64,000 nt of DNA from Octopus sinensis (lineage: Eukaryota), in NCBI RefSeq assembly GCF_006345805.1, contig NC_043010.1, positions 47,678,001 to 47,742,000 of the forward strand. The letters are read 5' to 3'. Shown here one piece after another: positions 49,278 to 62,311 of this stretch. Positions within the stretch are counted from its first letter, which is position 1. Every line of letters begins with the position of its first letter. The notes beneath the pieces were generated by a model. That model saw nothing but the letters and a program-made list of their open reading frames with translations, was not told the DNA's origin and made no database searches. Both the position numbers and the translations under genes were made by a program.

Positions 49278-50838
49278 ATAGGTGAAGGAAAGATCCAGAG
49301 AAGGGAAGACAGAGGGAAAAAAATCGCCAATGGTACACACGAGGTCACAATGTGCAGTATGTCTATTTGGGGGGTTGTAAGCATAGCTGTGTGGAGATGG
49401 TGGATATGCATGCATGGCTGTGTGATTAAGAGGCTTACTTCCTAACCATGTGATCTTGTGTTCAATCCCACTGCATGGCACCGTGAGTGAATATCTTCTA
49501 CTATAGCACCAGATAAATCAAAGCTTTGTGAGTGGATTTGGTAGAGGGAAACTGAAAGAAGTCCATTGTGTATATATGTATGTGCTTGCATGAGTTTGAA
49601 TGTATGTGCGTGTGTGTGTGTGTGTATGTGTGTGTGTGTGTGTGCGTGCGTGCATGCATGTATACCTGTGTCTAAGCATCATGCATGTATACCTGTGTCT
49701 AAGCATCACGTGATGGCTGTAAACAAGCATCACTAAATACACAAGCAAGGTGGTTCTTATTCATTTCCAGTCTTCCACGAAAAACATTTCTAGCTCAGAA
49801 AAACTTTCCAGGAAACAGTTGAGGGTTGGCAAAAGGAAGAGCATCCAGCCATAGAAAAATTTACCTCAACAAATTCCATTTGACCCAGGAAAGCACAGGA
49901 AATGATGAAGATGAACAATTTTATCTTACAACAGCTCAACTTGTTGGTCCAGGACCAAGAAATTATATTATTCCACTTTAATAATTTTCTTGTAAATTCC
50001 ATGGGTCCTGCTGGTCTTTATTATTATTAGCAGTAGTAGTATTGTTGTGCTTACTGTTGAGGAGTCCCATTTAGGAAATAAATTTATCCAGTCTTGTACC
50101 ATGTAAAACTATGACCACCATTCAGAATTGAGAGTAACTTGATAGTATGTGCCATGTTTTTGCTAATTATTTTATGTGCATGTATAGTCGCAAGCAGTCA
50201 TAGATATCTCTTGGCCCTCCTACCCTTGATCTAGCAGAACGTCCTGTATTGTAGCAGCTGGTGGGAGAGAGACAGAAGGTCACTCCAGCACCTGGCTTAA
50301 TTGACCCTGAAAGGCAATGTTGTCTTCAGCGGAAGCACATGGGGCACAGAGAATGGAAACAAATATTGCAATACATTTTATCTAATGCCACAACAATATC
50401 CTTATTCAATCAGGGCTGTCTTAATAATTTTGTAGTGTTTGCATTGGATGGGAAACAAACTGCATTTTTAGGAGAGACAGTTGATAGTTCTGAAGGAATT
50501 AGGCACTTGAGGTTTATATATCTACTTGTTTTTTTTTTCTGTCTTCCTATTTTTCATATTTCAATGGCTTAATCCATGCAATGATAACAGCACTATTAAA
50601 ATTATTACCTTTGAAGGTTTTTATTCCTGTGCTGGCCACTTGATAAGTTTGATATTTAAATAACGATCTTATCCTGGGCTTACCTTTGGTTTCACATCCA
50701 CAAAGCACTTAGCTTTACGGCGCATCATCAGATCCCAAAACCCAAAGGTAATCTCATTGACTGGCCTATTCTAACTTTTATATTATATACTGCTCTGTAA
50801 CTTAGAGTGTGCTTTTTTTTATTTATGTTCTACCGACG

Positions 50839-50871
<33 letters not shown>

Positions 50872-51001
50872 TGTATGTATGTATGTATGTATGATGTATG
50901 TATGTATGTATGTATGTATGATGTATGTATGTATGTATGTATGTATGTATGTATGTGTATGTATGTATGTATGTATGTATGTTGTATGTATGTATGTATG
51001 G

Positions 51002-51039
<38 letters not shown>

Positions 51040-51682
51040 TAAATATGTGTGTGTGTGTATGTGTGTATGTATATATGTATATACACAACAGGTTTCTTCC
51101 AAGGCTTTGGTTAGCCCAAGGCTATAGTAGAAGACATTTGCCATAGGTGGGACTGAACCTGAAACCATGCAGTTAAGAAGCAAGCTTTTTACCACACAGT
51201 CACACCTGCAATAAGTTTTCCAGATTTTTTTTAAACCTAAATACTAAGTCCATGCATTATTCATAAGAACTCAGTGTTACCCATGTTTGTCTAATCAGTT
51301 ACATCACCATATACAGAAAGCATGGCTGGAAGTAAGCTAATTGTCCAAGCTAAGAGATGAATAACAAAGAGCTGAAATCATTATAAAAATGTAGTACTTT
51401 CCTATGATAGTGACAATATATTAAATATTCAATACAACTGGCAAGTTATTCTGAGTAATTACTGCCATCAACCCTCAGTTTGGAAGATGAAATGTAATAC
51501 TTTCATACTGGAAATGCTGCTACTTTAATTATTTAATACAAACATTGAATGAATAAATAGCTAATAGGAACAATACATAAATACTTCCATAATCAAAACA
51601 GGAATATAAACTAAAAACTAAATACTTTCCTTGAAATACTGTCATTATCATGATGAACTATCACTATCTCTGTTACTACAGT

Positions 51683-52013
51683 TACGGAGATGTACTTGCA
51701 TAGCAAGTGATTTGATCTGAGATCGTGTGCTGAAACGAAAACAATTGCAGCGTGGAAGGTGTTTGTAAGCCATTTAAGAAACACACAAAAGCCGTTCGAT
51801 TCACTTCAATATTTAAGTTTAATTTGTCAAAATATTTTCGTCGCTTTAAGACCGCGACCTGTTCACTGACAAAAATCTGTGCTGAGATGAACAGGTTGCG
51901 GTCTTAAAGCGACAAAAATATTTTGACAAATTAAACTTAAATGTTGAAGTGAATCGAAAGGCTTTTGTGTGTTTCTTAAATGGCTTACAAACACCTTCCA
52001 CACTGCAATTGTT
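51683..52013. mobile_element. Hairpin element (about 125-bp arms) with 12-bp flanking direct repeats
   Basis: 51740-51865 versus 51888-52013; TGTTACTACAGT at 51671-51682 and 52010-52021. Confidence 0.85.
51823..51873 (-). ncRNA. Hammerhead-ribozyme-like motif with G3:C8 core variant
   Basis: TTTGTCA-GTGAACA-G-GTCGC(GGTCTTAAA)GCGAC-GAA-AATATT-T-TGACAAA. Confidence 0.6.
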
Positions 52014-52554
52014 ACTACAGTGTTTCCCTGAAAATAAGACCTGGCCTTATACTCTTTTACTTGTTTCAGTCATTTGACTGTGGCCATGCTGGAGCACCAC
52101 CTTTAGCTGAGCAAATCGACCCCAGGACTTATTCTTTGTAAGCCTAGTGCTTATTCTATCAGTATCTTTTGCCGAACCGCTAAGTTACGGGGACATGAGA
52201 CATTTTTTTCTAGGATTTCATTACTCACAATTAGTGGTGTGCATTGTACACAACTGTATAAGGTACAAAAATCGCTTTTGAATTTGCTTTTAATTTCAAA
52301 GAAACATTAATTTATTCAAGGTATTTTACACAACAATTATAATAAATCTGACAAAACACTTCATTTTCCTGGATTTCATAACCCATAATTAGTGGTGTGT
52401 ATAATACACGAGTGTATATTATATTATGAATGAGTTAAAATTTCTTCTGTAGGATTTTACAAAATTTTTAAAGTTTAATTTTTATGCAATTCCATAACTA
52501 CTATTATGAGGTAAAATTAATACCAGAAACCAAAATTACTCATCAATCAAAATA

Positions 52555-52695
52555 TAAGGTTGTCCCAAAAGTTCGTAGAAAGTCTTGGAAAATAATGGTC
52601 TTTATTTTGAGGAATAATTTTTGTTGTTTTTGTTAGTACTTGGCGAGTAAAAATTCAATTTTCGCAAGTGTTTACGAACTTTTGGGACAACCTAA
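52555..52695. mobile_element. 141-bp mariner-type MITE
   Basis: TA|taaggttgtcccaaaagttcgta ... tacgaacttttgggacaacctaa|TA. Confidence 0.85.
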
Positions 52696-52779
52696 TATAT
52701 GCATGCTTTATTTTCTTAATTAAGATTGTGGTTAGGATAGTCAAGGAAAAATCAATAAATAAAATTCTTTAAAATATAC

Positions 52780-52961
52780 CTCTGACTCAGCATCAAATTT
52801 GTAAATTATCTGTGCAAGTTCTTGAGACTTCTTGAATGTAGTATAGATATGTTCATTTATAGCTACCAGCCCTCTACCAGGATATGTGAGTAGAAGCACA
52901 TTCATAAAAAGCTTATCGTTGTCGAATATACTCATTGAACTTTGATACTTATCCTGAAATT
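52780..52961 (-). CDS. CFAP43: CFAP43 coding exon 3 KFQDKYQSSMSIFDNDK...IIYKFDAESE
   Basis: Overlaps ORF 52741-52935. The upstream one of two tandem atttcag acceptors gives the required phase 1. Donor GAG|GTATAT. 182 nt. Confidence 0.78.
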
Positions 52962-52999
52962 CTGAAATGTTGATGAAAAAGTAGTTATTATTTTTTTTA

Positions 53000-53235
53000 T
53001 TTTTTACTTGTGTCAGTCATTAAGACTGCTTTGAAGAATTTTATCGACCCCAATGCTTATTAATTTTTTTTTTTTTTAAAGCTTGATACTTATTTTATCG
53101 GTCTCTTTTGACAAATGGCTAAGTTACGAGGATGTAAACACACCAACATTGTTTATCAACCAGTGGTGGGGGAACAAACACATACACAAAGACACACACA
53201 CACATAAATATATAATATATATATATGTATATATA

Positions 53236-53271
<36 letters not shown>

Positions 53272-53305
53272 TGTATGTATGTATGTATGTATGTATGTAT
53301 GTATG

Positions 53306-53337
<32 letters not shown>

Positions 53338-53365
53338 CATATAGCTATCTATCTATCTATCTATC

Positions 53366-53400
<35 letters not shown>

Positions 53401-53438
53401 TATATATAGGTATATATATATGTGTGTGTGTGTGTGTG

Positions 53439-53511
<73 letters not shown>

Positions 53512-54638
53512 ATATATGCGATGGGCTTCTTTCAGTTTTCATCAGTCAAATTCACTCACAAGGCTTTGGTTGGCCAGAGGCTGTAGTAGGAGACACTTGC
53601 CCAAGGTGTCACGCATGGAACTGAACCCAGAACCATGTGGTTAGGAAGCAAACAGCCACACCTGCACCTACTTATAGAAATAGGATCAATGAGACTATTC
53701 AGTTAGAAAATAAAAAATCCTACAGATTTACATTTTGCCCACCACTCTACATATTATCTACTAGCAAGGACTCAGTACTTCTTTGTCCAACTGTAATATA
53801 CTACCAAGTATCTTAAAGGTTTATACAAGTCAATATTGGGCTTTACTTTTGTGTTAGAAGTGCGATGTTTTCATTTCTAAGTTTATCTCTTTACTCTTTT
53901 ACTTGTTTCAGTCATTTGACTGCGGCCATGCTGGAGCACCGCCTTTAGTCGAACAAATCGACCCTGGGACTTATTCTTTGTAAGCCCAGTACTTATTCTA
54001 TCGGTCTCTTTTGCCGAACCGCTAAGTGACGGGGACGTAAACACACCAGCATCAGTTGTCAAGCAATGCTAGAGGGACAAACACAGACACACAAACATAT
54101 ACACACACATACATATATATACATATATACGACAGGCTTCTTTCAGTTTCCGTCTACCAAATCCACTCACAAGGCTTTGGTCGGCCCGAGGCTATAGCAG
54201 AAGACACTTGCCCAAGATGCCACGCAGTGGGACTGAACCCGGAACCATGTGGTTGGTTAGCAAGCTACTTACCACACAGCCACTCCTGTGCCTATCTCTA
54301 CAGATTTTCTATAGAATTTAGAGCAAATGCTGAAAATTACAACATAAATATAATTTTCAGTACTACACTAAATCCTCTTTTACTCTTCTACTTGTTTCAG
54401 TCAGTTGGCTGTGGCCATGCTGGAGCACTGCTTTTAGTCGAGCAAATCAACCCCAGGACTTATTCTTTGGAAGCCTAATACTTACTCCATTGGTTTCTTT
54501 TGCCGAACCGCTAAGTTACGGAGATGTAAACACACCAGCATCGGTTGTAAAGCAATGTTGGTGGGGGACAAACACAGACACACAAACATATACACACACA
54601 TACATATATATATATGTGTGTGTATACATATATATATA

Positions 54639-54702
<64 letters not shown>

Positions 54703-54897
54703 ATGTATATATGTATATATATATACATTTATACAACGGGCTTCTTTCAGTTTCCGTCTACCAAATCCACTCACAAGGCTTTAGTCAGCCCAAGGCTATA
54801 GTAGAAGACACTTGCCCAAGGTGCCACATGGTGGGACTGAACCCGGAACCATGTGGTTGGTAAGAAAGCTACTTACCACACAGCCACTCCTGTGCCT
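53000..54897 (-). mobile_element. Three consecutive same-orientation SINE family A copies (about 53000-53670, 53887-54293, 54377-54897)
   Basis: Each reads ttttacttg..tcagtcat ... cacacctg/cactcctg on the + strand. Confidence 0.85.
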
Positions 54898-55099
54898 ATT
54901 ACACAGAAAATCTATAGATAAACTTAGAAAGCTCTATATATATGCATCTTAAGCACATAGATTATGTGAATACTACTTGATGCTACCACATTGATAAGCA
55001 AGCCAGAGTATTGAACAACTTCCATAGTCAGTAAACTGACACGCTATAATATAAATATTTCTGCATTCAATTTGAGCAGGTTTCTTTGAGAGAGTTCTC

Positions 55100-55420
55100 A
55101 AATGGGCTAGATGTCTGCTACACAAGAGTGCTATGAATGGCCCTAAATGTGAAATGGTAGCAACCTGTGACAAACGAATGCCTTTATGGAGACCTGCTGA
55201 AAGTTAGCGAGAAGATCAGGCAAAGATGGCTGCGACTATCTGGTCACTGCATGCACCACCCTGAAATGGGGTCATCCAAATTAGTTTTGGGGAACCTACT
55301 TCATGGTGAAGAAGAGGAAAATGTTGTCACACATCAATGTGATCGTAGCCAATGGCCTGGAGTGTATCCAGGACATCAAGGCATTGGTGTTGGACCAAGA
55401 AGTGTGGTGGGTAGACTTTG
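55100..55420 (+). mobile_element. RTE/RTEX-like LINE fragment
   Basis: NECLYGDL.KVSEKIRQRWLRLSGHC. Confidence 0.7.
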
Positions 55421-56019
55421 TTGCTGCAACCTGGGTTGGGACTCAGTCATACAAAAAACAAAAATGAGATTAATGAAGGTTATTCATTCTTCTGGATGAA
55501 TACCCTGTGGATGGACATCACCAAGCTTTCCTGTGAAGAATATTCTGTTGCTTAAAGTAACTGAGACACTCTCTGATATTAGTGAACAGCTAATGTCCCC
55601 TTAGAGAGAACCACTTTGTTATGAAACCAAGTGCCTATACAACATCACTATTTTGGGATTATTGGGGCAAAGAACTCTTATAACACTGACTAAATTACTT
55701 AAACAAGACAAAGACATTTTAATGAGGGGTTTTAAAGCAAGACTAGGGAACAGTGCTGGATTTAGAGCAAGTAGGGTCCATGGACAGTTAGGTTTTTGGG
55801 AACCCCTTATGATTTTCCTAATTCAAAGCATAATAAAGAAAACCTCATTAAATTTACAGGCCCTAAACAGTTTGAAGAGGACTCAAAAAATTAAAAGAGA
55901 ATTGGTAGATTCAGAGGGACTCAGATTTAATGGCTTTTAAAATCTAAATGGACCCAATAAATCAAAACAGAGCTCAATAATTTTAAAAGAACTCTATTGG
56001 ATTTTAAAAAATTAAACAA

Positions 56020-56515
56020 GGCGTAGGAGTGGCTGTGTGGTAAGTAGCTTACTTACGAACCACATGGTTCCAGGTTCAGTCCTACTGCGTGGCACCTTGG
56101 GCAAGTGTCTTCTATTATAGCCTCAGGCTGACCAAAGCCTTGTGAGTGGATTTGGTAGACAGAAACTGAAAGAAGCCCATTGTATATATATATATATATA
56201 TGTATGTGTATGTACATGTCTGTGTGTCAATGTTTGTCACCCCAACATCGCTTGACAACCGTAACTTAGCGGTTCAGCAAAAGAGACCAATAGAATAAGT
56301 ACTAGGCTTACAAAGAATAAGTCCTGGGGTCAATTACATCGACCCCAGTGCATAACTGGTACTTAATTTATTGACCCCGACAGGATGAAAGGCAAAGTTG
56401 ACCTTAGCAGAATTTGAACTCAGAACATAGTGGCAAACGAAATACCGCCAAGCATTTCGCCTGGTGTGCTAACGATTCTGCCAGCTCGCTGCCTTTTCTG
56501 CCAGCTCACCGCCTT
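56020..56515. mobile_element. SINE A (+, 56020-56335) fused to SINE B (-, 56336-56515)
   Basis: ggcgtaggagtggc... up to ctggggtcaatt, then acatcgaccccagtgc...gccagctc. Confidence 0.8.
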
Positions 56516-56639
56516 CATGCCATGCATGTTTTCTATGAAGTGATGAAGGCACTTCTAATGCACTAGGAAATTGTTCTATGATATCAACCATCAGATATTA
56601 CTGAAATATATGAGTCAATAATGGAGGAACCCTAGGAAA

Positions 56640-57480
56640 AGATTTCCACTAGATCCTAAATCAGTAAATCCAGCAGTCCTGAAGGAAATGTGTGAAATGT
56701 TCATCATCCAGCCTCTTGCTACACCATAGAGTTTGCTTGCAGTTAGTGCTACCATCAAAACATTACAAAATAGAAAATCACCTCCTTGAAGGAGGATGTT
56801 TATCAGCATAAGATCTCTTGATCATTACATCACAGAGGTGTGGAACCAGGAGTATTTACTTCGATACTGGAAGGCTGCTCATATCATTACTACCTGTTAA
56901 AACTAGGAAGATAAATCTGTTTCTTCAGTCAGTAAGGATATAGCAAACATGCCCATTGTTGAGAAGGTCATAACTAAAACCTTGCTCAAGAGACTAATTC
57001 AATCAATATTGGGAAACGTTTTGGAAAACATCAGACCAGAGTTGCAGTGTAGATTCCACAAAGCACAAGGCCCACTCAACATAATCTTTGTTACAAAGCA
57101 GCTTAAGATAAATGCAGGAAGTAACCAGCTTCTATTTGTCAAAGTCTTTTCACACCATAAATAGAGAACTTCTACAAGAAATTCTCAGAAAGTTTGGTTC
57201 CTCACCCAAATTTGAAAATCTCTAAACAACTTTCACACAGTGGTTATGGCTTGAATTATTGTTGGAAGGCAGAAATCTAAGCTGTTCAGTATGAAAATTA
57301 CATAAATTCTGTACTGTTTAATATCTTCTCTTTCTGTGTGACCACACTAATATGCAGAAATATGGAAAAGGAGATAGGGGTTATTACAAACTTCTAGCTT
57401 GACAGGAACATCTTCAAAATCAGAAATAGCTTGTACCAGTCTAAAATTATTTATTTTAGAAGAGTTAGAATTTTTTAAAC
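56640..57480 (+). mobile_element. Decayed RTE-clade RT N-terminal region
   Basis: KVITKTLLKRL..PELQCRF.K..IIFVTKQL. Confidence 0.65.
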
Positions 57481-57935
57481 ATAAAATCAAGTTCCAAAGG
57501 GATTTAAAAAAAAAATACTATTAGCTTCATTCTCAAGGAGCTACTAGTCAATAAAAATAACAACTGAAAAAAAAACTGCATTACTTATTCTGTGAGGGAT
57601 CAACCAATGACTTAGAAATGAAATTAAGCCATTGAGAGAACTGCTATGAGATTGCTTGACCACAGAAGAAGGAAAACAAATAAAAATCATCAAAATGAAT
57701 TAAAAAAATTTTTTTTTTTAAATAAAAATAGTGAAGATTAAGAGCTTCTAACAATGCAAAGAGGAAAAAGTTTAATAAACTTTATATATTTCAGACACAA
57801 AAGTCAATCATTGGAAGTAAACAGACAAGAAATGTTGAAGAATTATGAACATGGTCAGTATCAGATAAAGACTAACATTTTTTGACTGTTTACTCCTGAT
57901 GATGGTGTTTTGTGCCTGAAATATATGAAGTTCAT

Positions 57936-58197
57936 TAACTTTTAAGCATTCAGATTACTCTGTCAAATGTAATGCTTATTTACACTTTTACACTTTTACT
58001 TGTTTCAGTCATGTGACTGTGGCCATGTTGGAGCACCGCCTTTAGCTGAGCAAATCGACCCCAGGACTTATTCTTTGTAAGCTTAGTATTTATTCTGTCG
58101 GTATCTTTTGCCGAACCGCTAAGTTATGGGTATGTAAACACACCAACATTGGTTGTCAAGCGATGTTGAGGGGAGAAACACAGACACACATACAAAC

Positions 58198-58244
<47 letters not shown>

Positions 58245-58623
58245 TACAACAGTCTTCTTTCTATTTCAGTCTACCAAATCCACTCACAAGGCTTTGGTCG
58301 GCCTGGGGCTATAGTAGAAGACACTTGCCCAAGGTGCCATGCAGTGGGACTGAACCCAGAACCATGTGGTTCATAAACAAGCTACTTACCACACAGCCAT
58401 TCCTACACCTAAATGGTTTATGTCCACAGAGGGACTCGAACCCACAACCTTCATATTACTTCTAAGGTTGACCATGGCTTATCTTCTGACTTCAAGATTT
58501 CAATATGATTGTCTATTTTTAGAATGACAATGTAGGGTAGGTGCAAGAGGCTGAACCTGGCCAGTTTGCACAAAGCACAGAATATTTGGCCAGATATGAC
58601 TGGTTTGAATTTTAAAAGGCTAA
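57936..58623. mobile_element. Same piggyBac-type MITE split by SINE A (57990-58410, -)
   Basis: agcattcagattactctgtcaaatgtaatgc on the left; gacaatgtagggtaggtg..aaaaggctaa on the right. Confidence 0.65.
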
Positions 58624-58770
58624 ACTTTTCATTTTTGCACTCTAAGAAGCTCTCTGTCCTCACTATAGTGTTTTTTTACATCTTTATCACAATGTTTCAA
58701 ACAAGCTTTAACACTCTTCATAAAAAGGAAAAAAATTACTGATGCGCAGTAATGAGACACCTAAACTTAC

Positions 58771-58914
58771 TATCTTTGAAGTTTGGTTCCAAATAGAAAA
58801 ATATAAGTTTATTGAATTCTGTTTCTTGTTCCACATAGTCAGATGCAGCAGAGACATAAACCTTGACACCAGCAGCACTCTCTGTGACAATAGACAGTAA
58901 CAAGTTGGGCATTT
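58771..58914 (-). CDS. CFAP43: CFAP43 coding exon 2 (E)MPNLLLSIVTESAAGVKVYV...FFYLEPNFKD
   Basis: Acceptor ttttggctttatag, donor GTAAGT. 144 nt, phase 1 to 1, open and frame-compatible with both neighbours. Confidence 0.8.
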
Positions 58915-58993
58915 CTATAAAGCCAAAAACAAAAACAAAAAAAAAGTTATCAATGAAACCAGAGTTCAGAATGTATAATTAACTAATTAACTA

Positions 58994-60002
58994 CAGTAAA
59001 TCCTCGAGTATAATCCGCATTTTTTCCCTAAAATTTAAAGGTCAAAATCCCTAGTGCGTACTATATACGAGGTTAAAAATGAAAAATGTTTTCTAAGCAA
59101 TGTCCGAGTCTCTATTTACTGTCCGGCAATGTTTATTCAGACGCATTTTGTGATGTTGGGCGCGAAAATACCTTAAGCTAAGCCTGAAAGCAATGAAATC
59201 ATAAAAGAATCATCCATAACTTGCAGTAAGCAACATTTATTAAACGTTATTACTCTTATTACTGTTATTTCTTTATTTTCTGCAAACAAAATGCACAAAA
59301 AAAGTTACACGTTTGCATTATGTTATATATACATAGAGGAGCTCCCAATCAATCAAATCAATCAAATCAAATCAAATCAAACCAAATCAAAATAGATGAA
59401 CATCAATGGAATTTGTACCACAATGGTACCAGTGCCGGTGGCACATAAGAAAACCATCCGAACGTGACCGTAGCCAGTACCGCATCGACTGGCCTCCGTG
59501 CTGAGGGCACGTAACAAACACCATCCGAGCGTGGCTGTTCGCCAGCCTCGTCTGGCACCTGTGTCGGTGGCACATAAAAACACCATCCGAGCGTGGCCGT
59601 CTGCCAGCCTCGCCTGGCACCTGTGTCGGTGGCACATAAAATCACCCACTACACTCTCGGAGTGGTTGGCGTTAGGAAGGGCATCCAGCTGTAGAAACAC
59701 TGCCAGATCTGACTGGCCTGGTGCAGCCTTCGAGCTTGCCAGACCCCAGTTGAACCGTCCAACCCATGCTAGCATGGAAAGCGGACGTTAAGCGATGATG
59801 ATGATGATGATGATGATACAATAATAATAGGGGATGTTACCGTATACATTTTTACAAACCAAGGACATTATAATGACCTCCTTGACTCAAGTTAGAGAAG
59901 GGGTGCATATTATACACAAGGTTTAGGTTTTCCAGAGGTACACCACCCAAAAAATCCTCTGCGTATTATACTTAAGGGCGGACTATACTCGAGGATTTAC
60001 GG
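58994..60002. mobile_element. pogo/Tigger-like non-autonomous element with a nested family C copy (about 59375-59818)
   Basis: TA|CAGTAAATCCTCGAGTATAATCCGC ... GCGGACTATACTCGAGGATTTACGG|TA. Confidence 0.85.
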
Positions 60003-61714
60003 TAAACGAAAAGTTGCAGTTTATTCAGGAGATTACTGATGTGGACTCATATTGGCATAATCATTTTGATATGTTTGCATTTTCTCAATACAATAGAATT
60101 GAGAATCTTTTGTGATTACCTGTGGCAATACCACAAGCCTGTTGTCTTACTACAATAGATTCCATTGAACCTTGTGGTGTGTGACCAATTAAAGCACTTA
60201 ATGTTGAATTGATGTTTTTCTCTTTCTTTCTTTCTTTCTTTCTTTCTTCCCCTTTTTCCTCTTTTTTTCTTTTTTTTTGCTTATGTTTGTGTTTTCTTTG
60301 GTTTGGAATTTTTATTTTAATGTGGTTTTGTATTAAAAATGCATGTGCCTTTGGTGATTTGTGATGATATCTGATTAATGACATACATGCATCTGAACCG
60401 CAGATGGTTTATGAAAGTTGTTTTAGCTGGGGAACTGTCAACATAACTCTTTAAAAATAACAGGCCTGTGAATGTGGGTTAACACTGTTTTTTAGCAGAG
60501 TCACAGGAGTACAAAGTTTACAGAAGATAAGCTCAAACAAGTTGAAGCTAATGAACACAATCTTAACCAATCAGCATGCAGCTTAGGTGTCATGCTTTGA
60601 TGAGCATGGTAAAACAGTAGACATTGACAGCTCTTATTTTAGAAACATTTTAACCAATCAGAAAGAGTGAGAGAGGATTTGGCTACAACCAGATTTTGAG
60701 AAATATCTGATACTATAAGCCAATGTCCTCATCTTAAATATCCTTAAATGAAATTTAGTGCAAATTTGGATTTATAATACTGTCAGTATTACTACAGTTT
60801 TTAAGTAACATCAAACTTAAATCAATATTGATACTATTCATCTTCATATTATTGTCCATTCAGAATGGGTTTAAGCTTCTCAATAAAATTCTTTTCTCTT
60901 ACTCATCTTCTAATTTACTTAAAGTCTGTAAAGAGGGATATCAAAAAACTCTCCTTATTGCATGTTTCTAAATGATCACCTAATACGATCTGAAAGGCAT
61001 TAAGGTCTCTGATTTGTTGCTGGTAGACTTGAGTTCATTCCAATAATGAGTTTCCTGTCTGGCCAATATATCACCGTGACCAACCAGGCAATCAGATGTT
61101 GCTACACATTGCTGGTCACAATGTGCTTCGCATTGTTTTAGCCTTCAAATGGCGCCACCCTGCTGGCTAAGCGAGCTGCCAAACAAAAGAAAGAGTGAGA
61201 GAAAGAGTACAGCAGGGATCACCACCACCCCCTGCCGGAGCCTCATGGAGCTTTAGGTGTTTTCCCTCAATAAATACTCATAACGCCCGGTCTGAGAATT
61301 GAAACTGCAATCCTACAACCGCGAGCCCGCTGCCCTAACCACTTGGCCATTGCACCTCCATGGCTAATATATATTTCTTCATAATGCAAGTATTTAATAG
61401 AGTTGTTACTGTTGTTTAGTCAAACTTTACCTTTGACAACAATGGCTTTAAGTTTTTTGGTTGCCTATTACTTTCAACAAATATACAAATTAGCAATTAA
61501 ATATTTTAGTTCAGTATTTTGTCTGATGATAGGTATATTGATCTGATGACATTAAAAATATTTTGACAACATGGATTATGTGCCACTTTAATAGGTATGA
61601 TATTCTCATCTTGTATTCCGCTTCCTTGGGTTGGTCTAAGTTGTTCTACAGGCATTTGTTTTGCATATTGTATACCATTTTCTGTGACAGCTGCAACAAA
61701 GACTTTGAAGCCAT

Positions 61715-62130
61715 GGCCAGCAGGCATTTTGACTGCATCATCATAATAAAATTCATCCCTCATATCCTTCAACAAGGTCATGAGCCCAATTTGGACAGTT
61801 ATGTAAAGCTGCTGAAAATGGTGATCAAACCCCAGCTGAAGAGGGCTGCTGCTAGAAGGTCATATGTGTGGCAGCAGGATTCAGCTCCTTACTATACCTC
61901 TGGAAAAAGTCAAAAATAGTTACTGGAGAATTTCTACAACTTCACCATCCCCAATTTCTGGCCTCTTAATTCCTATGATTGTAATCCCATGGATTACTTT
62001 GTGTGGGGTGTGGTTGAGAAACACACTAATTTCTCTGCCTGCAACACCAATGCCAAGGTCATGGCTAAGATTAAGGAGGTCTTTGAAAATCTTCCCAGGG
62101 ACACAGTGAGGAGTGCGTACTTTGAGTAAA
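61715..62130 (+). mobile_element. Tc1/mariner-superfamily (maT/DD37D-like) transposase fragment
   Basis: VWQQDSAP..NFWPLNSYDCNPMDYFVWG..KIKEVF. Confidence 0.8.
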
Positions 62131-62275
62131 CTGTTAACTTCCAGCTGTAATCTACTTGATATTTTTTTTTTTCTGAAAATACTTTTGTTTTTGGATGAAA
62201 TATTGTGTTTTTTTCCTTTATTGCATACAGTCAAATTCAGCCCACACACCCTGTATGTGTGTGTATGTATATGTA

Positions 62276-62311
<36 letters not shown>

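Noticed and set aside
60980-61045. Segment ending ...NAFQIVL G|gt, resembling the CFAP43 FQIIGF motif
   Set aside because: There is an in-frame TGA upstream and no polypyrimidine acceptor; exon 62692-62795 already supplies this motif.
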